This document shows, in pieces, positions 18,144-27,852 of a stretch of 64,000 nucleotides of DNA (within the stretch, counting starts at the first letter, position 1; each line of letters starts with the position of its first letter). The DNA is taken from the IMG/VR virus record IMGVR_UViG_3300020429_000529, positions 32,001 through 96,000 of that record. One strand, 5' to 3'. The notes under the pieces were generated by a model. That model searched no databases. It saw only the letters and a program-made list of their open reading frames with translations, and had not been told where the DNA came from. The position numbers were made by a program, and so were the translations under genes. This DNA is from a virus.

Positions 18144-19910
18144 ATGCCCCTTGAACCAGCTAATGTCATAGTAGTCTATCGAGATACTGATACCGAAAGC
18201 CAAGAGTTTGCGGAAAAGTATCAAGCGATACACAACCTCGAAGATGAGCAGTTGGTGGCTATCCCCTGCTCAAATATCGAGGTGCTTGATGATTACGCAA
18301 CCTTTCAAACCGAAGTAGAAGATCCGATCAATACGGCGATGACAACATCGCCTCTTGACTCAAGAACCATCTGGGCCATCGTGCTGATGCCCAAGGTTCC
18401 TGGGGGCTTCTATGATGGTAATGACATTGTTTCATCGACTTCGAGGCTGTCGAGAATAGGTCACTCGTATAGCGGCAACAAGAAGTCCCTCAACCCGTTG
18501 TACGATCGGAAAACGTTCAAGCGGTTCGATAATGACGACGCCGACTTTGCTCTGATCTGCACGAGATTTGATTCTCCGTTTGCAGCGATCACTCAGCAAT
18601 GGTTTGACAACTCAGAAATCGCTCTGAGGCAGTTGTTTGTCACAGGAACGTTCTACTTCGATCCGTTCTCTGCGATCCATCAGGCGGGCGCTGAGCAGTA
18701 CGAGACGGACCTTCTGTTCTTTCAGGACGGGCTACTCCCTCGTCTCGGCCTGCCGACTCAAACAACCCTTCAGATCGATCCCTATATCGATCCGATCATC
18801 CCTCAGGTGAGGAATGACTCGTTCGTTTGGTCGTGGGGCGCTGATGAGTCTTCTTTGTCCTACTTCAAAGAGACAGCAACTCTGCGGGGTTTTTTCTACA
18901 ACGCAGACTACGATGGCGCAGCAACGATCCGAGACATCGATTCTCGTCGTTGGCCTATCCTCGCTCTCCGAGGCGGTTATGTCGCAACTGCAGGTCACAT
19001 GTCAAACCCTGGTATTGATGGTTTTCTGCGACCAGTTCCGTTTTTTGATGCGCTGTTTCGTGGAGCGTCTATGGGCGAGGCCATGCTCTACAGCGTGCCT
19101 CACTTAAACTGGACAACAGCGTTCTTTGGCGACCCGTTGTTGAAATATATCTTCCCCGAGATCTTTGATGATACGACGCTGATAGACTTTCGCAAGATTT
19201 GGCCGCTCATGGTTGATTGCGAGTCTCAGTCGATTATCAACATCTTCCGTAAGACAAATCTCATCAAGTCGTTGAGAGATACAATCATTGCGGGAGACGA
19301 TGTTCAGACATCTTTGGACCTTGCGTTTCCGATCAATCGTCTCTACCAAGAGTTCAATGCGCAGACATGGAAGAACGACTATACAAACCTTTCAAAGGCT
19401 ATGGTCAAGATTGTCACGGCAAAAAACCAGACTGCTTTTCCTCGATTCTATCCCAATCTCCGAGATTACCTGCTGACAACAGACACAAATGTCACAGAGA
19501 TCTTCTTGGATACCCTGAACAACGATACGGTCAAGGCGACAATCCCCGCAGACAACATCGAGCCCGAAGGTTCATGGGATTTCGAGTTCATTCTTGAGCA
19601 TGATCCTGGTACTTTTGCTTTTTATCACTTTGAGCTTGATATCTCGTTGGACGAAGACTTTGACGAGATTCTTCTCAGCAAGGACAGCTTTGTTTCGGTC
19701 ATTGGATGGACGTTCCAGAACAGCGAAGACGAGTTCGAACAGCTTGGAGGCAACGGTCTTACATCAAACTTTGCAGGAAAAACCGTCAGGTATACCGCAA
19801 AGGAAAGTGAAAAGTTGGAAAGGGGAACTTACTACTATTTTCGAATAAGGCAGAAAGACCAGTTGACGAACTTCCCCTACAGGACGTTCAGGGAGATCAT
19901 TTACAAGTGA
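18144..19910 (+). CDS. TIGR03790-like protein with C-terminal beta-sandwich
   Basis: PANVIVVY...SQEFAEKY N-terminus; FFDALFRGASMGEA...WTTAFFGDPL. Confidence 0.65.
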   Translation: MPLEPANVIVVYRDTDTESQEFAEKYQAIHNLEDEQLVAIPCSNIEVLDDYATFQTEVEDPINTAMTTSPLDSRTIWAIVLMPKVPGGFYDGNDIVSSTSRLSRIGHSYSGNKKSLNPLYDRKTFKRFDNDDADFALICTRFDSPFAAITQQWFDNSEIALRQLFVTGTFYFDPFSAIHQAGAEQYETDLLFFQDGLLPRLGLPTQTTLQIDPYIDPIIPQVRNDSFVWSWGADESSLSYFKETATLRGFFYNADYDGAATIRDIDSRRWPILALRGGYVATAGHMSNPGIDGFLRPVPFFDALFRGASMGEAMLYSVPHLNWTTAFFGDPLLKYIFPEIFDDTTLIDFRKIWPLMVDCESQSIINIFRKTNLIKSLRDTIIAGDDVQTSLDLAFPINRLYQEFNAQTWKNDYTNLSKAMVKIVTAKNQTAFPRFYPNLRDYLLTTDTNVTEIFLDTLNNDTVKATIPADNIEPEGSWDFEFILEHDPGTFAFYHFELDISLDEDFDEILLSKDSFVSVIGWTFQNSEDEFEQLGGNGLTSNFAGKTVRYTAKESEKLERGTYYYFRIRQKDQLTNFPYRTFREIIYK

Positions 19911-20371
19911 TTGGAACGGCAAACTACAGAGAGGCGACTGAGGTCATTGCGGAAGCGCAAGAATTAGGAGATCTTGCGTTTGCGGGTTTGCTGTGCATGA
20001 GAGACAGGCTGTTCGAGGGGAAGATCAATCCAAGAGATCGATTCCGTCGAGAACTATACGCAAACATGAATGCGACATACAGCTTGATCGCCAATCGCCA
20101 CATCAGAGCCAATCAAAGCATGATTCAGTTTGTCAAGGCTTTGAATGATCACATCCTGGTCCAATACGGCAATGAGTATGGTTACGAGACGCTCGATGAG
20201 TTTCTTGTAGATCAGTACCTTCAGGTTCCTACAACGTTTGCTTCGATATCTGCGTTCATTGGTTACTCGATAACTGAAATCGGAGACAAGGCGGCGAACT
20301 GGGAGGATATTGACGATAACTGGGAAGATGTAGATCTTAACTGGGATCGCATCGGCTGGGAGAATGTATAA
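19907..20371 (+). CDS. Hypothetical protein
   Basis: GTGA overlap; C-terminal NWED repeats. Confidence 0.7.
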   Translation: MIGTANYREATEVIAEAQELGDLAFAGLLCMRDRLFEGKINPRDRFRRELYANMNATYSLIANRHIRANQSMIQFVKALNDHILVQYGNEYGYETLDEFLVDQYLQVPTTFASISAFIGYSITEIGDKAANWEDIDDNWEDVDLNWDRIGWENV

Positions 20372-20925
20372 TGCCAGATCCTAATGCCCTTGAGGGCAAG
20401 CAACCAGCACAAACATACCAGGACTTGTTCCATCTGAACAACTCCAACAACGGCCTTGACGGTACGTTGCGGTACATCTATTCGGCGAATGGGACCGTAA
20501 CGACTCTACAGATATCGGATGAGGCTTTTGCAGCAGATTGCAACTATCAGAATATCGCAAGACCAACTCTTGTAAGGCCAGCAGAGAAAGCCTTGAGCGT
20601 TACGCAGGCTACTTCTGATCCTTACGCAGTCGATCTTGCAAACGGTAACACTTTTGATATAACACTTGAAGGCAGCATCACAACCATGACAATAACCGGC
20701 CTTCCTCCTGACGATGGAGTTACGAGGGCGGTTGAAGTGACCTTTATCCTGACCCAAGCGGGCGCAGGCAGTTTTACTGTGTCATGGCCTTCTGGTACGA
20801 AGTGGGCGGGCGGAACAGCGCCGACGCTTACTACGACAGCGGGTAGAATTGATATCATCAAGCTGCTAACGGTGGATAGGGGAACGACTTGGCTTGGTTC
20901 CATTGTGGCCCAAGACTTGCAATAA
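20371..20925 (+). CDS. Virion structural protein with tail-fibre-type C-terminal domain
   Basis: LTQAGAGSFTVSWPSGTKWAGGTAPTLTTTAGRIDII..T.D.GTTWLG motif. Confidence 0.65.
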   Translation: MPDPNALEGKQPAQTYQDLFHLNNSNNGLDGTLRYIYSANGTVTTLQISDEAFAADCNYQNIARPTLVRPAEKALSVTQATSDPYAVDLANGNTFDITLEGSITTMTITGLPPDDGVTRAVEVTFILTQAGAGSFTVSWPSGTKWAGGTAPTLTTTAGRIDIIKLLTVDRGTTWLGSIVAQDLQ

Positions 20926-20929
20926 TGCC

Positions 20930-23900
20930 ATGGCTAAGAAAAAGAAGTCTGATGACCTGCAAAGCATACTGCGGAACCTTCAGCAGCATGTAAAGACAGA
21001 AAACGCTAAGTTCAATCTGTCGAAACTTCCGAGTATCATCGAGTTCGTTGAGAACAAAGAATGGCTCGGCATGAAGCACTATGCGCAGCCAGTTAAGCTG
21101 CGACCCATGCAGCTTGTTCTGCTGAAGTGTTTCTACAGAGGTAGCCCGGGTAACGAAGACCTTGCGCTGACCGAAGATGAAATTCAACTCATCAAAGAAA
21201 GCGGACTCACAACAGATGAGAGCGGTGACGTTCTTGCAAAGTGGGCGGAAGGCGAGATCTTCAGGGAACTCATTCTCGTGTGGGGTCGCCGTTGCCTCTC
21301 TGAAGACGCAACGATATTTGATCCAACGCAAGGTCGAACCACTCGACTTGGAGAGCTTTGGAACAACGGAGAAACCGATGTTGTTTCGCTGAGCTACGAT
21401 GAAAACGAAGAGCGAATGAGGATCATGACAGATTGCGAGTTGCTCTCTAACGGAGTGCGACCCGTCTTTCGTCTAAGGACTCGTAGCGGTCACGAGATTG
21501 AAGCAACCGACAACCATCCCATGCTGACAAACGAGGGATGGAAAGAGGTAAAGGATCTCAAGGAAGGCAATCTTGTTGCTATCGCTCCGAAAGTCCCGTT
21601 CTTTGGAGATCGCAAAGACCTGAGCGAAAAAGAAGCTGCGCTGCTTGGCTACATGTCGAGTCAGTCTTTCTTTTCGGCAGGAGGTCATGTTGGTATTGCC
21701 ACCGATGATATTGATGCCGTCAATGACTTCTTTCAGAAGGCCCAAGAGCTGTACGGCAACAATGTCGAGATGGGTAAGGCTTCCGAATACTCGGTTTCTG
21801 CCGCTTCAATGTCGAAGAAGCCCTTCTCGTATGTTTGTCTCCAAAACTGCAAAGAACCATCAGCCACATCAACAAAGCAGGCTGTCAAGAACTGCAACAA
21901 TCTTCCTTGCCTGTTTCTAATCAATGGTCTGAAGGACAAGGATTCTGAACACAAGTTTGTACCTGTCAGAATCGATCAGGCCCCAAGAGAGATAATTGAG
22001 TCATACCTTCGGGCTCTGTTTAGCGCAGACGGATCTATCATTGAGAACAGAGATCAGTTCTCAATCGAAATGTACGTTGGTAATCGGGATATGGTCTTGC
22101 AGCTACAAAGGCTGCTGCAGAGGTTTACTATCTTTTCATCGTTTGTACCAGAGGGTAACGGTTTTCGACTGTCAATGACCCGCAGGCACGATGTCAAGAT
22201 GTTCCTTGACCATATTGGCTTTGTCAACAAGACAGAACAGATTCTTCGCTTCCGAAAGATTCATCAGAAGGTTCCTGTTGAAGAAGATCTGATCTTCGTT
22301 CCTGTTGATTCGATTGTTGCTATCGGAGAGAAGCAGACTTTCGATATTGCTGTATCTCACAAGCCTCATCTGCAGAACTTTGTCTCAGACGGTTTTGTAG
22401 TTCACAATAGCGGCAAGGGATTCATTACCTCGGTAATCGCCCTGTATGAGGCTATGAAGCTTCTTGAGGCACCTGGCGGAAATCCCTATGCTCAGTACGA
22501 ACTGGCAACCGCTGCTCCGTTCTTGATTTTGACCATCGCTAACTCGGCAGAACAGGCCAAGCACTTGTTCAAAGAGATTCGCGACAAGATCATGTTGAGC
22601 GAATACTTCAAGGACCGTCTTGATGATGAGCATCTGACAAATGATTCTCTGGTATTCTTGACGCCGCACGATATCAATCAGAACGAAGATCTTGCGAAGC
22701 GAGGACTTCCCCCAAGAGAGGGTTCGGTTCGTATCGTTTCAGGTCACTCTAACTCTGACTCTCTCGTTGGTATGTCGTGTTACTGCTTGCTTCTTGACGA
22801 GATCGGTCTCTACAAGAATACGGCAGGATCTTCTTCTGGCGACCAGATCTACAACTCGCTGGCTCCCGCTGTTAAGACGTACATCCGAAAGCAGCCTATT
22901 TTTGACACAAGGACAGGCGAGCCCAAGTTGGATGACAACGGAGAGCCGGTGACGAAGGATGTCTTCGATGGCAAGATCATCTGTATCTCGTCTCCGCGAG
23001 GTAAGGAAGGTATCTTCTTTGACCTGTATTCTCACGCTCATGAGGTTTCTCACCGATTGATGATGAGGCTTCCAACATGGAAGGTCAATCCTCAGATGAC
23101 CGAGGCTGCGCTGCGGGCCGACTTCCCCAATATGCCGGAAGAGAAGTTCCGCATGGAGTTTGGGGCAGAGTTCTCGGGCACGGGCGGCGAGTCATTCTTC
23201 CCCCGAGATGCTGTCGAGGCTTGCTTCGAGAGAAGAGGTCTCAAAGACATCAACATGGGCAAACCTGGTATTGTTTACTTTGCCCATCTTGATCCTGCGT
23301 TGTCAAGTCACAACTACGGTATGGTTGTTTGTCACAAAGAAGTGTATCTCAACCAAGAGACCAAGCAAAGAGATTTCAGAATCGTCATCGATCATGTCAA
23401 GCATTGGGCTCCGACGCCCGATAAGTTGATTTCGGTCAATGATGTCGATAGTTACATCATGGCCCTAAACAGGCGGTTCCACTTTGGTCTTGTTTCGTAT
23501 GACCAATGGAACAGTCAGCAGAGTATCCAAAAGTTGCGCCGTATCGGTATGCCTGCGATTGAAACCAGATTTTCGCGCAACTACAAGATGATGATTTACG
23601 ACAATCTGTACGAGCTTGTAGCTTCGGGCAGACTTTTGATTCCCGACCATACGGCGAGTCACAATCTTCTAAAGCTGGAAATGATTAACTTGCAGAAGAA
23701 ATACCTGGCGACAGGTGGATATCGAGTTTTGCCCAAGGCGGACGGCGATATTTTGACCGATGACCTCTGCGATGCGTTGGCAGGAGCCTGTTTCAATGCA
23801 ATGGATCGCACTACTCGCAAGCTTCCGCAAGGAAAACTTGTCAACACGCCAGTATCTACACAACAGCAAGTATTCAGACAGATGCAGGGACCGATACCCG

Positions 23901-24013
23901 ATCAGCAACTCTCCAACATGTCTCCGGGACTGAGAAGATGGGTTGATCACACAAGAGGGCAAGGGCCTGACTCTAACATTGTTCCACGAAACCCGAATCA
24001 ATGGAGGCCATAA
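20930..24013 (+). CDS. terL: Terminase large subunit, intein-containing
   Basis: Walker A GRR/SGK split by intein; Walker B LLLDEIG; ISSPRG; RNase H-like AHLDPA, YDQWNS, TDDLCDALAG. Confidence 0.9.
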   Translation: MAKKKKSDDLQSILRNLQQHVKTENAKFNLSKLPSIIEFVENKEWLGMKHYAQPVKLRPMQLVLLKCFYRGSPGNEDLALTEDEIQLIKESGLTTDESGDVLAKWAEGEIFRELILVWGRRCLSEDATIFDPTQGRTTRLGELWNNGETDVVSLSYDENEERMRIMTDCELLSNGVRPVFRLRTRSGHEIEATDNHPMLTNEGWKEVKDLKEGNLVAIAPKVPFFGDRKDLSEKEAALLGYMSSQSFFSAGGHVGIATDDIDAVNDFFQKAQELYGNNVEMGKASEYSVSAASMSKKPFSYVCLQNCKEPSATSTKQAVKNCNNLPCLFLINGLKDKDSEHKFVPVRIDQAPREIIESYLRALFSADGSIIENRDQFSIEMYVGNRDMVLQLQRLLQRFTIFSSFVPEGNGFRLSMTRRHDVKMFLDHIGFVNKTEQILRFRKIHQKVPVEEDLIFVPVDSIVAIGEKQTFDIAVSHKPHLQNFVSDGFVVHNSGKGFITSVIALYEAMKLLEAPGGNPYAQYELATAAPFLILTIANSAEQAKHLFKEIRDKIMLSEYFKDRLDDEHLTNDSLVFLTPHDINQNEDLAKRGLPPREGSVRIVSGHSNSDSLVGMSCYCLLLDEIGLYKNTAGSSSGDQIYNSLAPAVKTYIRKQPIFDTRTGEPKLDDNGEPVTKDVFDGKIICISSPRGKEGIFFDLYSHAHEVSHRLMMRLPTWKVNPQMTEAALRADFPNMPEEKFRMEFGAEFSGTGGESFFPRDAVEACFERRGLKDINMGKPGIVYFAHLDPALSSHNYGMVVCHKEVYLNQETKQRDFRIVIDHVKHWAPTPDKLISVNDVDSYIMALNRRFHFGLVSYDQWNSQQSIQKLRRIGMPAIETRFSRNYKMMIYDNLYELVASGRLLIPDHTASHNLLKLEMINLQKKYLATGGYRVLPKADGDILTDDLCDALAGACFNAMDRTTRKLPQGKLVNTPVSTQQQVFRQMQGPIPDQQLSNMSPGLRRWVDHTRGQGPDSNIVPRNPNQWRP
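21293..22408 (+). mobile_element. Intein (372 aa) with LAGLIDADG-type endonuclease region
   Basis: Starts CLSEDA; block B IEATDNHPMLT; YLRALFSADG; ends NFVSDGFVVHN followed by Ser. Confidence 0.93.
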
Positions 24014-24931
24014 ATGGCTTACAATCACAGGAAACTTTCGAAGAAGGCCGACGATACTCCCAAGCAGTACGAAGGCCAGCTTCAGGATTACAACGATGAC
24101 CTTGGCGAAACTGTTGAGGCCAGCCCAGAGTCCGTACAGGGGCTTCTTCGTTCTACAAGGGGCGAGGGACAGGGCGAGAACCTCGATGTTGTCACGGACA
24201 TCCAGTTGGACGAAGAGCGAGATAACGACGGCAAGACTGCCGAGACGATCGAGGCTCAGTTTGACAAGAGAAAGAGCTATCAGCCCCATAGAGACAGTCA
24301 GGCTGATGATGCTCCCATGATGCCCATCAATGCGCTGAGCGAAGGCTACGACCAAACTCATCGCAAGGCATTCAATGCCCGTCAGTCGAAGCTTGACTCT
24401 GAGAAGAGAGTTGTAGATAAGGACATCGGCAAGCAGCTTTCCGGGCCGAGGACCAAGCAGCCTCGTCAGGTTCCGACAAGCGGGACTCAGCTTGTGAACC
24501 ATCCCGATCGTCTTGCTTCTGGTAATCAGAAGAAGATGGCTCTTGCCGCCCTTAAGGATGCTGATGCTGTTCTGTTCTACCTTCATTACAAGGCGGCGAG
24601 CGAGAATCGTCCGCTGACAGAGAGGGAGAAGAAGATCGAATCTCAGATCGCAATTGATAAGAGAACGATTCTTTCGCAGTTCCAGGACCAAGACTTTGAC
24701 GAGCAGGGAAACCCTATTGCACAGCCAGCAGATCAGCAGGCCAATGCGGGAGCGGGCGTGCCCGAGAGCGTCATCATCGATGATCTTCTTGGAGATCAGT
24801 CAATCGCTGGCGACATGGGCCTCGGCGATATGGACATGATCGAGCAGGGAGATCCAAGGTTCAAGGATATTCATCACAGAGAGCAGGCTGAGATCGACGC
24901 AGAGCGTAATGGTTTCGAGTACCTCGACTAA
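24014..24931 (+). CDS. Hypothetical head-associated protein
   Basis: GGAGG RBS; MAYNHRKLSKKA tag. Confidence 0.75.
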   Translation: MAYNHRKLSKKADDTPKQYEGQLQDYNDDLGETVEASPESVQGLLRSTRGEGQGENLDVVTDIQLDEERDNDGKTAETIEAQFDKRKSYQPHRDSQADDAPMMPINALSEGYDQTHRKAFNARQSKLDSEKRVVDKDIGKQLSGPRTKQPRQVPTSGTQLVNHPDRLASGNQKKMALAALKDADAVLFYLHYKAASENRPLTEREKKIESQIAIDKRTILSQFQDQDFDEQGNPIAQPADQQANAGAGVPESVIIDDLLGDQSIAGDMGLGDMDMIEQGDPRFKDIHHREQAEIDAERNGFEYLD

Positions 24932-25539
24932 TGGCATTCAACTATCGCCAGTTCAAGATGGCTCAGCAGAGGGGCCAGTATCCCTCTCACTCGCTGCCTG
25001 CAACGGACCGCGAGCGATGGTTGCGCCAAAAGGAAGACCCTTACGCCCCTCACAAGCCTGGCGATGGCAAGGGGCCAAAGCTAACTACACCTGGTAGCGA
25101 GGGCATGATGGGGCAGCCGCCCGATCCTGGCTTTCAGGCAGGAGGCAAAGAGCGAAAGGGCTACCCAACGGGCATTAGTCAGTTTGAAGATCCCGCAGAC
25201 AGCGAGAAGTTCCGAGTCGTACCTTCTGATTCAGATCCCGATGATCCATTCTCTGGTAAGTCAAGAGGAGAGGGCAAGGGAGAGTACGGCAAGGGTCAGG
25301 GTACTGATTACGGACAGGCCCTCCATGACGATCGCAATGTTCATACGGACGGCTATGAGAATCACACCCTCGGCATTGAGGAAACTGTAAAAAGAGATCT
25401 GGACGATGATAGAAGAGATCGCCCGCCAGCGATCACAACCATGCCCGCGCCCCCAGAGAATCCGTTTAATCGGAGATTGAAGAGAAATGGGCCGATGAGT
25501 TATGTAAGAGAGCGGTTGCGCGCCGCATCGAGGAGGTAA
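24931..25539 (+). CDS. Hypothetical head-associated protein
   Basis: TAATG overlap; MAFNYRQFKMAQ tag. Confidence 0.75.
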   Translation: MAFNYRQFKMAQQRGQYPSHSLPATDRERWLRQKEDPYAPHKPGDGKGPKLTTPGSEGMMGQPPDPGFQAGGKERKGYPTGISQFEDPADSEKFRVVPSDSDPDDPFSGKSRGEGKGEYGKGQGTDYGQALHDDRNVHTDGYENHTLGIEETVKRDLDDDRRDRPPAITTMPAPPENPFNRRLKRNGPMSYVRERLRAASRR

Positions 25540-25542
25540 CTG

Positions 25543-26274
25543 ATGAGAAGTTTCAAGATTAGAGTAACGGACAAGTGCAAGGGCGAACTGACCCTCAAGG
25601 CGACGAGGAAGGCGCTTCGACGCAACTGGGTATCAACGCTCACAGAAGAAGAGCTTGCTGATCCCGATACGCAGATCCACTTGCGAGCAGGTCGTATCGA
25701 GCTTCTGGATGATGAAAAGCCGATCGTTGAAGGGAAGTATTTCCGTTCGACTACGCATCGCATCCTTACGCTCGGCGGTCTCAACCGCATCATCAACCAG
25801 AACCAGACATTCTTTGTTAACGAGCCCGATCTCGATGATTCTCAGTTGAATGACTACATCGACAAGGGTTGGTTCATCGAAGTGACTGACGAAGAGGCTG
25901 CTCCGAAACCCAAGAAGTCGGCCTCCAAGAAGTCTTCAAAGAAGACCGCCAAGAAGACATCGAAGAAGGCAGCTTCCAAGAAGTCCAACGAGAAGTCTGC
26001 GGTCTCGAAGACCAAGGTTGTCAAGCAGGCCGCAAGCGAGGAAGAGCAGGATGAGGCGAACGTCCAGGCTCAGGCCGACTCGACGCCAGAAGGCATGTAT
26101 GTTCATGTTCCCGATGGCAGCGATGCTCCCGCCCCTCGCCGCACGCCCAAGAACGAGACGATTCTCGATCTCGATCTTGACGGACCCGATGATGATGGCC
26201 TGTCGTTCGTCGATCAGGAGCAGCGAGAAGAACGTAAGCTGCCCGTTGCTAAGGACAATGCGGAGGTGGAGTAA
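25543..26274 (+). CDS. Hypothetical protein with Lys-rich histone-H1-like segment
   Basis: GAGGAGG RBS; PKPKKSASKKSSKKTAKKTSKKAASKK. Confidence 0.75.
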   Translation: MRSFKIRVTDKCKGELTLKATRKALRRNWVSTLTEEELADPDTQIHLRAGRIELLDDEKPIVEGKYFRSTTHRILTLGGLNRIINQNQTFFVNEPDLDDSQLNDYIDKGWFIEVTDEEAAPKPKKSASKKSSKKTAKKTSKKAASKKSNEKSAVSKTKVVKQAASEEEQDEANVQAQADSTPEGMYVHVPDGSDAPAPRRTPKNETILDLDLDGPDDDGLSFVDQEQREERKLPVAKDNAEVE

Positions 26275-26276
26275 GG

Positions 26277-27017
26277 TTGCTTGAGCTTCTTGAAAAAGAG
26301 CTTACGGTTCATCGTATCAAGCCCATCAGCAGGCACGTTTGCGTCTGCGACGGGACGAAGATGACCGTGCGCGAATGCAGCAAGAAGCATCGAAATTCCG
26401 CGCAACTGAATAAGAAGATCATCCTTCGCATGTGGGCGGAGCTATGCGAGCTTCTCAGAGATGAGGACATGGGCTCGCCAGATCCTAAGACTGCGAAGCT
26501 TTTTATTCCCGCGCTCCAAGGACTCTACAGGTTGTCTTGTTGTTTTCCTCAGCTTGAGCAGAACGGCACGGTATCCTGTCTCAAGGACGCCCTCAACAGA
26601 GATTCTGATTCGTTCTCAGGCAGAACGATGGGCAAGGTTGTTGAGTTCAAGCTCACAATCAACTGGCTCCATCATCTCATCAGACGAGACCTCTACATCT
26701 GCGCTCTGCTTGAGAAGTTCAGAGACGCAGCGAGAGGGCTCAAGGTAGAGGCCCGAGGAGTCGCAGGTCCCTGGGCTAACCTCGATCTTCCCATGTTGGA
26801 GAGAACATTCCCATGGGAGGATGTTGAGGAAGAGACTGCGGGTAGAGAAAAAGACAAGCGACACCAGCGTAGGTATGAGCTTGGTCTGGAAAACTATGGA
26901 GAAGGGGATACGACGCCGAACGAAGGCTTCTATTGGCGAGAGATCAGAAACGAACCCTATGCGTTCGATGATGAAGACGAGACGCTGTACCCTCACCGCA
27001 ACGTTCTTTGGAACTAA
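26277..27017 (+). CDS. Hypothetical protein
   Basis: ORF in operon; TTG start. Confidence 0.7.
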   Translation: MLELLEKELTVHRIKPISRHVCVCDGTKMTVRECSKKHRNSAQLNKKIILRMWAELCELLRDEDMGSPDPKTAKLFIPALQGLYRLSCCFPQLEQNGTVSCLKDALNRDSDSFSGRTMGKVVEFKLTINWLHHLIRRDLYICALLEKFRDAARGLKVEARGVAGPWANLDLPMLERTFPWEDVEEETAGREKDKRHQRRYELGLENYGEGDTTPNEGFYWREIRNEPYAFDDEDETLYPHRNVLWN

Positions 27018-27026
27018 GGAACAGCA

Positions 27027-27443
27027 ATGGAACTCATCAAACAAGCACAACACTCTCTGTACGACTACCTCTTGAACATCATGCCCGAGTTGGGCGATGG
27101 CAACTTCAAGATCATCATACGAGAGAAGTCAGATCCCAACGCATCGAAGCTCTACAACCTCTGGCAAGACGCCGAGAGCAAGCTCTCCGAGAGACGCTTT
27201 CGTCGTCCTCCGACCATGAGCGAGACGGATGTCAAGGCTCTTGAGCGTAGCGGCTTCATCGAGATGCAGGGCAGTAATATGAAGATCACAAACAAGGGCG
27301 TCGTTGCGATTCGCAAGATGATTCTTGATGACGATTCGTTTGCTCTTGCCAAGTCTGCGGCTTCGCAGGGTATGAGGAAGGTTGCTTCGGTTCGTTCTCA
27401 TGGTTCGTCAAACTGGTATCAGAGATTAAAGAGTGCCAACTGA
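27027..27443 (+). CDS. Hypothetical protein, possible winged-helix, with C-terminal NWY motif
   Basis: MELIKQAQ; LERSGFIEMQGSNMKITNKG; SSNWYQRLKSAN. Confidence 0.7.
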   Translation: MELIKQAQHSLYDYLLNIMPELGDGNFKIIIREKSDPNASKLYNLWQDAESKLSERRFRRPPTMSETDVKALERSGFIEMQGSNMKITNKGVVAIRKMILDDDSFALAKSAASQGMRKVASVRSHGSSNWYQRLKSAN

Positions 27444-27852
27444 GACTGTTTATCTTCAGATCGAGCCCAAGGCTGTTCGGGAGAAGGTTCTCATCGAGAG
27501 GCCTATTCGATGGTTTGATTCGGAATCGAAGCACATGTGGACGTTCTATGGAGGGCGTCTTGAGTTCGAGTTCAATCGAGAGCTAAAGCAGCTTGTTCCC
27601 AAGGTTGAGTGGGATGAGGAGAAGAAGCGTTGGAGAACCAAGAACGAGACATTCGAGACCAAGACGATCTTCAGAAGCAATCGCAAGGAGATCGAGGAAT
27701 GGATCAAGCAGTTCAAGACGGTCTTCGGGTTGGAGAAGAACGAAGAGGACACGGACACAAGGGTTGTTGCGGTCGATGTCGATCGTGTCCATGTTCGAAA
27801 CATGGAGATAGCTCTGGATCGTCATCAGATCAGGTATGAAATAGATGGATAA
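27433..27852 (+). CDS. Hypothetical protein
   Basis: GTG start, overlaps neighbours. Confidence 0.7.
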   Translation: MPTETVYLQIEPKAVREKVLIERPIRWFDSESKHMWTFYGGRLEFEFNRELKQLVPKVEWDEEKKRWRTKNETFETKTIFRSNRKEIEEWIKQFKTVFGLEKNEEDTDTRVVAVDVDRVHVRNMEIALDRHQIRYEIDG

